Source of the DNA: Chlorokybus atmophyticus
Lineage: Eukaryota > Plantae > Mesostigma and Chlorokybus algae
DNA: 47,033 nucleotides
Assembly: GCA_009103225.1 (NCBI GenBank)
Contig: RHPI01000818.1
Coordinates: 316,911 to 363,943, forward strand
Direction of reading: 5' to 3'
The position numbers and the translations under genes are program-made. The notes under the pieces are model-generated. The model searched no databases, was not told the DNA's origin, and saw nothing but the letters and a program-made list of their open reading frames with translations. Shown here one piece after another: positions 36,522-47,033 of this stretch. Within the stretch, counting starts at the first letter, position 1; every line of letters starts with the position of its first letter.

Positions 36522-37399
36522 GCGGGCGGCGAGGGGCTTGTGGGAGGGGCGGCGGCAGGCGGCAGCAACTGCGGCGGCAGGCGGCAGCACAAACCAGTGG
36601 CGGCAGGCGGCAGCGACTGCAGCGGCGGCAACTAGCAGCCGCTACCCACTAAGGTGGGTAGTAGTAGTTTTTAGCTAGTTGTTGTTGTTGTTGTTGTTGT
36701 GTTATAATAGTTATAATTGCTGCTGGTGCTTAGCCTAGCTTAGCCTAGTTTTGCTTGCCTTGCCCTGCCCTGCCTAGCCAGGCTTGTTAGCTTGCGTGAA
36801 GGGGAGGCGGCCACTTAGGCAGCCCCCCCCAAGCATTGCATGCCCAGCACATCACTAATCACACTATTGTAATAACATTGTGCTTGTGCTTGTGTTGTAA
36901 CTTGCCACCACGTGGATTCGTAGTGGTGTAAAGGGTGTGAGATAGTTTTCACAAAACCAACCCTTGTGAGGCAGTCCAATGGCAACATCAGCTGCCGTTA
37001 CCGCCAGTCAGTGCGGTGAGGCCGCCAGAGTCACTCTGTGCGGCCGATATCAAACTCACAACTCACAATTCGCTGATATCAGCCTGTAGGGTTGATTCAA
37101 CGAGATTTTAACACCCTGTGTGTCAATTACAATTGTGGGTTGAGCTGAGTTGTACAAAGTGACAACTTTGGCAAGTTGTAACTTGTGAACCGCCGCGTGG
37201 AGTCGCGTGCGGTTTGTTTCAACTTGAGTGTCTAGCTGAAAGGTGTGTGGAAAGCTCTTGTTTGAGCTGAATACTCCACGTTAAGCACTTGAAACTTGAC
37301 GAGACAAAATCTATAGATTTTGACACTTTTGCAGTGCACAACTTGGGTGTTTTGTGCACTTGCACACTTCTACTATTGACGGCTTGTATTCTTGGGCAG

Positions 37400-38839
37400 A
37401 TGTCTGACCAAGGAGGGGATGATGTGGAGAAGTCCACATCATATGAGCCATCGAGTGAAGAGGAAGTGAACTACTCTGATACGAGTGAAAGCTATAAGCT
37501 TACTGACAGTGAGAAGGAAGGAGCTAAGCAAGACAGCGAAGCTTCTCCCAATCAGTCTGCTCAAAGTGGACCAGCTGCAGTGGACACACAGAGTGTCATT
37601 GGCGGGGCCATTGAGAAGTCGAGCGTAAAGCTCTCCTTGCCCTGCCCACCCTCAGCTTCGTTAAGAAACATTTGATGCATGGGCGCAGACGGTTCGTGAT
37701 GGCTATGAGACGGACTTTGCCACACTCCCTCGTGCAAGCAAGGAGATGGTGATCCGCATGCTCGAGCATGAGCTGACGAACAACATCCCGCCAGTCGTGC
37801 GAGGTGATCCAAAGGTGGCAGCTATCATGGCCGTATATAATAAGCCTCTCCCTTACCAAGGCAAGCGAATGGCGTTTGAGGCTTTGGCCAACTTGGGAGT
37901 GGAAACCTCACAGCGTTGCAAGGATGTGTCCTGGTACTTGGGACCTAACTTGGAAGACAAGTTGACTGGCCGAGTGCAGTTGACGGCACGCCTCGATGCC
38001 ATGCAGGCTGAGTTGGTGGCGCTGCGCCAACAGGTTGCAGATGCTACTTCGGCAGCTGGGTCATCAGCAGGTCTGCCGGTGACAGCTTTGAACAAGCCTG
38101 AGAAGTTCAAGCCTAACGGCAGCGTCAGCATCCACGACTGGGTGGTCACTTTTGACAGCACTCAAGCGCCCGGTTAATGAGCACATTGCTGTTGCTCAGT
38201 TGCTCATGCCATCTGATGCTCTCGCCGAATGGGCGAGGCAGACAGAAGATGGTGCTGCCAAAACAGTGGAGGCACTTTTTCCAATTCTTGATGGAACGCT
38301 ATGGTGGCATGGACCCGGCTACTCAGGCTCGCAACAAGCTCAGCAAGTTGCGCCAGAATGGTCGGGCGGCCTCAACCTATCTGCAGGAGTTTCAGGCATT
38401 GGTGGGTCGTGCGAACAGTGGCCTCATGCCCATGGACAAGGCTGAGCAGTTTGAGTTGTACAAGCGCGGCTTGGATGCGCGTGTGCGTGATCAGCTGCAG
38501 TACAACACGGCAACGGGACTTCCTTGGGTTCCAGAGGACTTGGCCAAGCTGCAGAAGCTGAGCGTGTACCTGTACAATGATGACACGACGGTGCAGGACA
38601 AGTCACATGTGGCAGTTTCGGCCAAGCCGCCGGGGGTGGGAGGAAAGCGTTTCTCTCATCCAAGTGCACACCTGGCAAACAAGGCGAAGACATTTGGTGC
38701 TTCTACCAGTGGCGCACCTGCTGATGGTGCCATGCCTGCTGCGGCTCGCACCTGTTACGTCTGTCATCAGCCTGGCCACATCGCAAAGAACTGCCCAACC
38801 AAGGGGAAGGGCAAGGCCAAGAAGGTTGAATTGGATTAA
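37400..38839 (+). pseudogene. gag: Chromovirus gag, frameshifted, with one CCHC knuckle
   Basis: KPEKFKPNG..DW, retrotrans_gag-like ARNKLSKLRQNG..YLQEF, and CYVCHQPGHIAKNC; split across ORFs 37289, 37746 and 38177. Confidence 0.8.
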
Positions 38840-41348
38840 GCCGTGACTGATGTAGGAGTGGTTGATAACCAATTGCTTGTACTAGTGGCAAACTGGTTTG
38901 ATGAGCTGTCCTAAGTGCATGTAATGACGCATGCATGGCAAGCACATAACAAGTTGCCACTTTTTGATGTTGAAAAGGTGGAAGTGCTTGTGTGTTGGTA
39001 CATGTGGAGTTTAACATGCTTACCAATGTGTTGCACACTTTGACCAAATTGCAAAATAAGCACAGAACCTTAAGTGTGATAGTGATGGTGCCTAAATATC
39101 AAGGCCCATGGTTGAAACACACTCGAGGGGGGACTGTGTTGAAGCAATTTAGCAAGCGTGAAACAGGGACAGTGCGATTGTCAGCAATTCTACTCAACCC
39201 TCGCATCAGTCACGGACTCTTGGCTACATTTCAAGGACGGGTAGTACCTCTGTTGTGGACATTCAGTGGCACAATGCAAGGGGTAAATAGTTCGTTCTTG
39301 ATTGACACTGGTGCAACAAACAATTTCGTTGAGGAACAATGGGTTGTGCGCAACAAGATAGCGTGTAAACCCTCTGCATTTTCAGCTGCCGGTGCGGGGG
39401 GTGCGTTGCCAGTGAAAGGGGAAATAAAGATGGAAATTAAGATTGGTAATTATCATGCCACTCTTACTTTTATAGTGGTATCCATCGACATATCAGGTGT
39501 TGATGTGGTATTAGGACAGGAATGGCAGGAGAATGTCAAAATTACATTGGATACTGGGGCACGCTTGTGCACAGTAAAGAAAAATCGTAAGCGTGTAACA
39601 TTGTCTGTGAAAGGGTCACATAGCTTGGACCACAAGCAGCCCGACTCAGCGCTACTCACTGCACTGCAAGTGAAACGTGCGTTGCGCAAAAACACACCGG
39701 CTTTTCTGGTACACTTGACGTCGTCAGACAACTTTGTGCCGGGAAGTACAGAAGGTGTTGCAGACATCATTGAGAAATATCAAGATGTGTTCTCAGATGA
39801 GTTGGCAGGCTTACCTCCTGATCGAGGTGTCGGGCACACAATACCACTTATTCCTGATACTGAGCCTCCGTTTCGGCCTATATACAGGCTGAGCCCCCGA
39901 GAGAGGGGGGAAATGGAAACTCAAATCAAAGAGTTATTGGAAAAGGGATTAATTGAGCCGAGTTCTTCACCCTTTGGCGCGCCCATCTTGTTTGTGATGA
40001 AAAAGAATGGAAAGCTACGCATGTGTGTGGATTACTGTGCTTTGAACAAGATCACGGTAAAGAATCGATACCCGTTGCCCCGGATTGATGATGTGTTTGA
40101 TAAACTGTCGAGAAAAGCGTACTTTGGTACGCTGGACTTGACAAGTGGTTATCATCAAATCCGAATTCATCCTTCTGATGTTTACAAGACAGCATTCAGA
40201 ACACCTTCGGGCCATTATCAATACAAAGTGTTACCTTTTAGATCAACTAATGCGCCCGCAGTGTTCCAGAAGGAAATGAATAAGATTTTTGGTGGCATAC
40301 TTGGCAAGTATGTTATGGTTTACTTGGATGACATCATTGTCTTTAGTGAAACCAAGGAAAGAACATAAGCAGCACTTGAAAACGGTGTTCGCCTTGCTGC
40401 GTAAACATCGCTTGTTTGCCAACTTGTTAAAGTGTGACTTTTGCAAGACAGAGTTGCCATTCTTAGGGCATATTGTGAGTGGTGCGGGTGTAAAACCTGA
40501 CCCTCGCAAAGTGCAAGTGGTAAAAGATTGGCCTCAACCTAAGAATATCCATCAATTGCGATCATTCTTGGGGCTGGCAAACTACTTTCGCAAGTTTATG
40601 ATGGGGTACTCTACAGTTGTGGTACCTTTGACAAAACTGTTACGAAAGGATGCCCCATTCTCTTGGACAGCAACACACGAAGCTGCTATGCAACAAGTGA
40701 AGCTGGCTTTGACTTCGGCACCAGTATTGGCATTGCCAAATTGGGATAAACACTTCACTGTGATTAGCGATGCCTCCCCCCTTGGGTGTGGTGCAGTATT
40801 GCTACAGGATGGCCGACCATGTGCTTATGAGAGTAGGAAATTCATCCCAGCAGAGGAACTACACTACTACTAAGCAAGAATTGCTTGGTATACTGCATGC
40901 TCTTGAAACATGGCGATGTTACTTGGAGGGAGTTCGAGTCACAGTGGTGACTGATCACAACCCGTTGGTGTACTTCTCAACACAGCTAAACTTGTCGCGT
41001 AGGCAGGCTCGCTGGAATGAGTTTTTGTCGAGATTTACCTTTGAATGGGTATACCGGCCGGGCAGGACCAACGTGGCAGATCCTCTGAGTCGCTGTCCGT
41101 CATTGTTGGCAGTTATGCGTGCGCAGTTGCTTGCAACGCAGGGTTCATTGCCTCCTGATGATGAGTTTGTACAAGCTGGTTTACAGGGGTATGCATTAGA
41201 CCCATGGTTCTCTGTACAACAGAATGTACAACAGAATGTACAACAGCTTGACAAAAGAGACAACTTGTATTATATGGGCGCCAGCTTGGTGATACCTGAC
41301 CATGCTGGGTTGCGCATAAAATGCATTGCTGAAGTACACGATCCACCG

Positions 41349-41378
41349 TATATATATATATATATATATACATGTATA

Positions 41379-41430
<52 letters not shown>
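41349..41430. repeat. Interrupted (TA)n microsatellite inside the integrase zinc-binding region
   Basis: (TA)11-CATGTATATG-(TA)9-CA-(TA)15 between CCG and CGCT. Confidence 0.95.
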
Positions 41431-41431
<1 letters not shown>

Positions 41432-42510
41432 GCTGAGCACTTTGGCGGTCGCAAGACAACTAAGGCAGCGCAACCGTTGTATTGGTGGTCATCGTTGCCT
41501 GTTGACGTGAAGCATTATGTTGACACGTGTGACAAATGTCAGCGTGACAAGCCGTTACGTCAAAAGCCCGCTGGGTTGCTGCGACCTTTGCCTGTTCCTG
41601 ATGGCAAGTGGGAAAGTGTGAGTATGGATCTAATTACTGAGCTCCCGGAGACAGCATTAGGGCACACTGTGGTTGCAGTTTTGGTGGATCGTTTAACAAA
41701 AATGGTTCATATTGTCCCTTGCTGCACGGAAATAGGCTCCCGTGAATTAGCGATGGTTTTTGTCGCCTCTGTGTTTAAGTTACATGGTTTGCCTCTCATA
41801 GCTTCGTGTCTGATCGCGATCTGCGATTTGTAGCTCAGTTCTGGAAGTCGCTATGCAGCTCCTTACATATTCAGCAGAACATGAGCACAGCTTACCATTC
41901 ATAGACGGATGGTCAGACAGAGCGCGCCAATCAAGTAATTGAGGAAACCATCCGGCATTATGTGAGTCCGAACCAATCTGATTGGGATGTTTATCTCCTA
42001 ATGGCTGAGTTCGCAATTAACAATGCATGGCAAGAAAGTGTGCAGGAAACTCTGTTTTTCTTGAATTATGGAGTGCATCCACTGAGTCCTGCAAACATTA
42101 AATTGCCCGCTACCGACATAACTCGCGTACCTGCAGCACGCGAGATGGCTTCGGCCATGCAGGATAGGTTAGCGTTGGCAAAGGACTGTTTGCGCGCAGC
42201 GCAAGACAGACCAAAAGCCCATTCTGATGCGCATCGTAGAGAGGCCAACTACGATGTGGGCTGTCCGGTGCTTCTCAGCACCAAAAACATATCCATCAAG
42301 GGAGTGGGTACCCGCAAGTTTTTCCCTCGTTGGATAGGCTCGTTTAAAGTGATTGATCGGGTCGGCACTCACGCGTATCGATTGGAATTGCCAAAATCAA
42401 TACGTATTCACGATGTGTTTCATGTGAGTGTACTGAAACCGTACCGTTCTGACGATCGGGTTCAACCTCCTCCACCCCCCGTCGCAGTGGATGGCGACGA
42501 TACTTTTGAG

Positions 42511-42663
42511 TATGAGGTGGAAACAATCCTGGATCATTGTAAGCCTCGACGCGGACGCGCGCCGTCTTACTTGGTAAAATGGAAAAGGTATGGTGTTGAG
42601 CACAATACATGGGAGCCCGAAAGGAATCTTACCAATTGCCAGGAGATTCTTCGGGGGTACTGG
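42511..42663 (+). other. Chromodomain at the integrase C-terminus
   Basis: YEVETILDHC..YLVKWKRYGVEHNTWEPERNLTNCQEILRGYW. Confidence 0.92.
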
Positions 42664-42799
42664 AGTACTGTGTCCACACGCGGACGGTAAAAAGGTGCTG
42701 GCAGACATCTTTACCGCTTCGGCCCTGATTCTCTTACTACTTTCGTTTCTTTACTCATGGTGGGGCTTTGCTAACCCTTCAATGAGGACATTGAAACCT

Positions 42800-42812
42800 A
42801 AGTGGGGGGGAA
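42800..42812 (+). promoter_or_regulatory. Polypurine tract
   Basis: AAGTGGGGGGGAA immediately before the 3' LTR. Confidence 0.85.
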
Positions 42813-43150
42813 TGTAACGGTGTGCTACCTCCATAGAGGTTCCCCGCCCTTATTTAGGATTAAATAAGGGTCCCAACAGGATTATACAGCCTATTAAGCC
42901 ATATTAAAGCCGTTAACTTATGTTAAGGCCCAAATGTAGTGTTACTTATCTGTAACACTGATATCGACATGAGACATGAGTCTCATGTCGATATCAGCCG
43001 CATGGCGGCGCTGCTAACGCAGCGACCGCCATAGCCAGGGGATCTTCTGCTTCGGCAGTTGCCCCTGGCGGCGGCGGCGTGGGCGAGGTGGCTGGTGGTG
43101 GTGTTGGGGTAGGGGATTAAAGGGAGGGAGGCACTCCTCTCTCTCTTACA
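42813..43150 (+). repeat. Chromovirus 3' LTR (338 bp)
   Basis: TGTAAC...CTTACA followed by TSD ACGCA. Confidence 0.95.
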
Positions 43151-43642
43151 ACGCATGGCGTTATGATGTGATTAGCATCATGTGACGTGTTTTCATTATG
43201 ATAACGTGACCACGTTATCATTGGACCAAATTAAGGCATGATGGTCAAATTCGCATAATAGCATTTCAACCACAAGAGGAATATGATTCGTTGAAGTGCA
43301 CATATAGTTATCATGTTTATAGCATGATATGACGCAGAACGAGCAGTATGTCCTTGAACTGGGTAAGATGTATATATGCCGCTCAAGGTGTACATGACTT
43401 GTTGCATGCCGTAAGGCGTACCCAACTATTATACTTGTGATGTGCACATCATGCGCCCAACATGTACCTATAAAAGGAATTCAAGTGGAGGCTTAATATG
43501 AAGGGGGCAATTGCAAACAACATCATTGTCCCCAATACCATTTACTAATGGTGACTACACAAAAAGGGATGGTGTGTGCTACACATTTGTAGTACAGGAA
43601 ATCGAAGATGCTGCTTCGGTGGGGTAGTGTGTGTGTGCGTGN

Positions 43643-46600
43643 TGCAGATGCTACTTCGGCAGCTGGGTCATCAGCAGGTCTGCCGGTGACAGCTTTGAAC
43701 AAGCCTGAGAAGTTCAAGCCTAACGGCAGCGTCAGCATCCACGACTGGGTGGTCACTTTTGACAGCACTCAAGCGCCCGGTTAATGAGCACATTGCTGTT
43801 GCTCAGTTGCTCATGCCATCTGATGCTCTCGCCGAATGGGCGAGGCAGACAGAAGATGGTGCTGCCAAAACAGTGGAGGCACTTTTTCCAATTCTTGATG
43901 GAACGCTATGGTGGCATGGACCCGGCTACTCAGGCTCGCAACAAGCTCAGCAAGTTGCGCCAGAATGGTCGGGCGGCCTCAACCTATCTGCAGGAGTTTC
44001 AGGCATTGGTGGGTCGTGCGAACAGTGGCCTCATGCCCATGGACAAGGCTGAGCAGTTTGAGTTGTACAAGCGCGGCTTGGATGCGCGTGTGCGTGATCA
44101 GCTGCAGTACAACACGGCAACGGGACTTCCTTGGGTTCCAGAGGACTTGGCCAAGCTGCAGAAGCTGAGCGTGTACCTGTACAATGATGACACGACGGTG
44201 CAGGACAAGTCACATGTGGCAGTTTCGGCCAAGCCGCCGGGGGTGGGAGGAAAGCGTTTCTCTCATCCAAGTGCACACCTGGCAAACAAGGCGAAGACAT
44301 TTGGTGCTTCTACCAGTGGCGCACCTGCTGATGGTGCCATGCCTGCTGCGGCTCGCACCTGTTACGTCTGTCATCAGCCTGGCCACATCGCAAAGAACTG
44401 CCCAACCAAGGGGAAGGGCAAGGCCAAGAAGGTTGAATTGGATTAAGCCGTGACTGATGTAGGAGTGGTTGATAACCAATTGCTTGTACTAGTGGCAAAC
44501 TGGTTTGATGAGCTGTCCTAAGTGCATGTAATGACGCATGCATGGCAAGCACATAACAAGTTGCCACTTTTTGATGTTGAAAAGGTGGAAGTGCTTGTGT
44601 GTTGGTACATGTGGAGTTTAACATGCTTACCAATGTGTTGCACACTTTGACCAAATTGCAAAATAAGCACAGAACCTTAAGTGTGATAGTGATGGTGCCT
44701 AAATATCAAGGCCCATGGTTGAAACACACTCGAGGGGGGACTGTGTTGAAGCAATTTAGCAAGCGTGAAACAGGGACAGTGCGATTGTCAGCAATTCTAC
44801 TCAACCCTCGCATCAGTCACGGACTCTTGGCTACATTTCAAGGACGGGTAGTACCTCTGTTGTGGACATTCAGTGGCACAATGCAAGGGGTAAATAGTTC
44901 GTTCTTGATTGACACTGGTGCAACAAACAATTTCGTTGAGGAACAATGGGTTGTGCGCAACAAGATAGCGTGTAAACCCTCTGCATTTTCAGCTGCCGGT
45001 GCGGGGGGTGCGTTGCCAGTGAAAGGGGAAATAAAGATGGAAATTAAGATTGGTAATTATCATGCCACTCTTACTTTTATAGTGGTATCCATCGACATAT
45101 CAGGTGTTGATGTGGTATTAGGACAGGAATGGCAGGAGAATGTCAAAATTACATTGGATACTGGGGCACGCTTGTGCACAGTAAAGAAAAATCGTAAGCG
45201 TGTAACATTGTCTGTGAAAGGGTCACATAGCTTGGACCACAAGCAGCCCGACTCAGCGCTACTCACTGCACTGCAAGTGAAACGTGCGTTGCGCAAAAAC
45301 ACACCGGCTTTTCTGGTACACTTGACGTCGTCAGACAACTTTGTGCCGGGAAGTACAGAAGGTGTTGCAGACATCATTGAGAAATATCAAGATGTGTTCT
45401 CAGATGAGTTGGCAGGCTTACCTCCTGATCGAGGTGTCGGGCACACAATACCACTTATTCCTGATACTGAGCCTCCGTTTCGGCCTATATACAGGCTGAG
45501 CCCCCGAGAGAGGGGGGAAATGGAAACTCAAATCAAAGAGTTATTGGAAAAGGGATTAATTGAGCCGAGTTCTTCACCCTTTGGCGCGCCCATCTTGTTT
45601 GTGATGAAAAAGAATGGAAAGCTACGCATGTGTGTGGATTACTGTGCTTTGAACAAGATCACGGTAAAGAATCGATACCCGTTGCCCCGGATTGATGATG
45701 TGTTTGATAAACTGTCGAGAAAAGCGTACTTTGGTACGCTGGACTTGACAAGTGGTTATCATCAAATCCGAATTCATCCTTCTGATGTTTACAAGACAGC
45801 ATTCAGAACACCTTCGGGCCATTATCAATACAAAGTGTTACCTTTTAGATCAACTAATGCGCCCGCAGTGTTCCAGAAGGAAATGAATAAGATTTTTGGT
45901 GGCATACTTGGCAAGTATGTTATGGTTTACTTGGATGACATCATTGTCTTTAGTGAAACCAAGGAAAGAACATAAGCAGCACTTGAAAACGGTGTTCGCC
46001 TTGCTGCGTAAACATCGCTTGTTTGCCAACTTGTTAAAGTGTGACTTTTGCAAGACAGAGTTGCCATTCTTAGGGCATATTGTGAGTGGTGCGGGTGTAA
46101 AACCTGACCCTCGCAAAGTGCAAGTGGTAAAAGATTGGCCTCAACCTAAGAATATCCATCAATTGCGATCATTCTTGGGGCTGGCAAACTACTTTCGCAA
46201 GTTTATGATGGGGTACTCTACAGTTGTGGTACCTTTGACAAAACTGTTACGAAAGGATGCCCCATTCTCTTGGACAGCAACACACGAAGCTGCTATGCAA
46301 CAAGTGAAGCTGGCTTTGACTTCGGCACCAGTATTGGCATTGCCAAATTGGGATAAACACTTCACTGTGATTAGCGATGCCTCCCCCCTTGGGTGTGGTG
46401 CAGTATTGCTACAGGATGGCCGACCATGTGCTTATGAGAGTAGGAAATTCATCCCAGCAGAGGAACTACACTACTACTAAGCAAGAATTGCTTGGTATAC
46501 TGCATGCTCTTGAAACATGGCGATGTTACTTGGAGGGAGTTCGAGTCACAGTGGTGACTGATCACAACCCGTTGGTGTACTTCTCAACACAGCTAAACTT

Positions 46601-46983
46601 GTCGCGTAGGCAGGCTCGCTGGAATGAGTTTTTGTCGAGATTTACCTTTGAATGGGTATACCGGCCGGGCAGGACCAACGTGGCAGATCCTCTGAGTCGC
46701 TGTCCGTCATTGTTGGCAGTTATGCGTGCGCAGTTGCTTGCAACGCAGGGTTCATTGCCTCCTGATGATGAGTTTGTACAAGCTGGTTTACAGGGGTATG
46801 CATTAGACCCATGGTTCTCTGTACAACAGAATGTACAACAGAATGTACAACAGCTTGACAAAAGAGACAACTTGTATTATATGGGCGCCAGCTTGGTGAT
46901 ACCTGACCATGCTGGGTTGCGCATAAAATGCATTGCTGAAGTACACGATCCACCGTATATATATATATATATATACATGTATA

Positions 46984-47033
<50 letters not shown>
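43643..47033 (+). repeat. Near-identical partial duplicate of chromovirus 38036-41426 (gag through RNase H), starting after a single N
   Basis: Constant offset of 5607. The ORF translations are identical and carry the same frameshifts and the same microsatellite (first TA run one unit shorter). N at 43642. Confidence 0.93.

Larger units (their letters stand above)
38992..42690 (+). pseudogene. pol: Chromovirus pol (PR, RT, RNase H, integrase, chromodomain), with frameshifts, a stop and a (TA)n insertion
   Basis: FLIDTGA, VYLDDIIVFS, ISDASPLG, VTDHNPL, HDPPY/AEHFG..C..C, VSMDLI and GPY/F-like WIGSFKV; split over ORFs 38992, 40289, 40770, 41372 and 41962. Confidence 0.92.
36175..43150 (+). mobile_element. 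Full-length chromovirus (Ty3/Gypsy LTR retrotransposon with chromodomain), non-functional
   Basis: TG..CA LTRs at 36175-36508 and 42813-43150. TSD ACGCA at 36170-36174 and 43151-43155. PBS TGGTATCGGAGC; PPT AAGTGGGGGGGAA. Domain order gag-PR-RT-RH-IN-CHD. Confidence 0.95.

Noticed and set aside
41113-41510. YIYIYI-rich ORFs
   Set aside because: Translations of the (TA)n microsatellite.
43200-43219. 9-bp perfect hairpin GATAACGTG-AC-CACGTTATC in the chromovirus flank
   Set aside because: A single short palindrome with no partner or context; could be chance.
43643-47033. An independent second chromovirus insertion
   Set aside because: It has no LTR, PBS or TSD, starts at an N, and shares all lesions with the first copy.

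Overview
Eukaryotic genomic DNA with spliceosomal GT-AG introns. It is probably from a green alga (chlorophyte or early-diverging streptophyte); this is inferred from the TE types and intron style. The window is dominated by transposable elements. In order: (1) an intact-looking hAT DNA transposon (1-3213, 16-bp TIRs, 4-exon 641-aa transposase). (2) A decayed, intron-containing gene that splices a Tudor domain in frame to a phage/bacterial-type C5 cytosine methyltransferase (about 3710-4896); the ORF track misses it because of in-frame stops. (3) An 11.6-kb Ty3/Gypsy retrotransposon (5040-16625) with gag-PR-DNMT-RT-RH-IN-PHD and a nested solo LTR. Its terminal repeats are arranged A1-internal-B1-A2-B2 (split or circularly permuted) instead of as two full LTRs. 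(4) A decayed Plavaka-type transposase on the minus strand. With the Gypsy removed, it lies tail-to-tail with the Tudor-MTase gene. (5) A host gene for a secreted GH79 glycoside hydrolase with a Pro linker and two repeated bacterial-style beta-sandwich modules (minus strand, 27903-33128). (6) A full-length but frameshifted chromovirus (36175-43150, TSD ACGCA), with a possible Dam-like relic before the protease and a (TA)n insertion in the integrase. (7) A near-identical partial second copy of that chromovirus after a single-N join, probably an assembly duplication. The best candidates for novelty are the spliced Tudor-phage-MTase fusion (possibly Plavaka cargo) and the DNMT/PHD Gypsy with split direct repeats. 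All domain calls come from motif recognition by eye; no searches were run.
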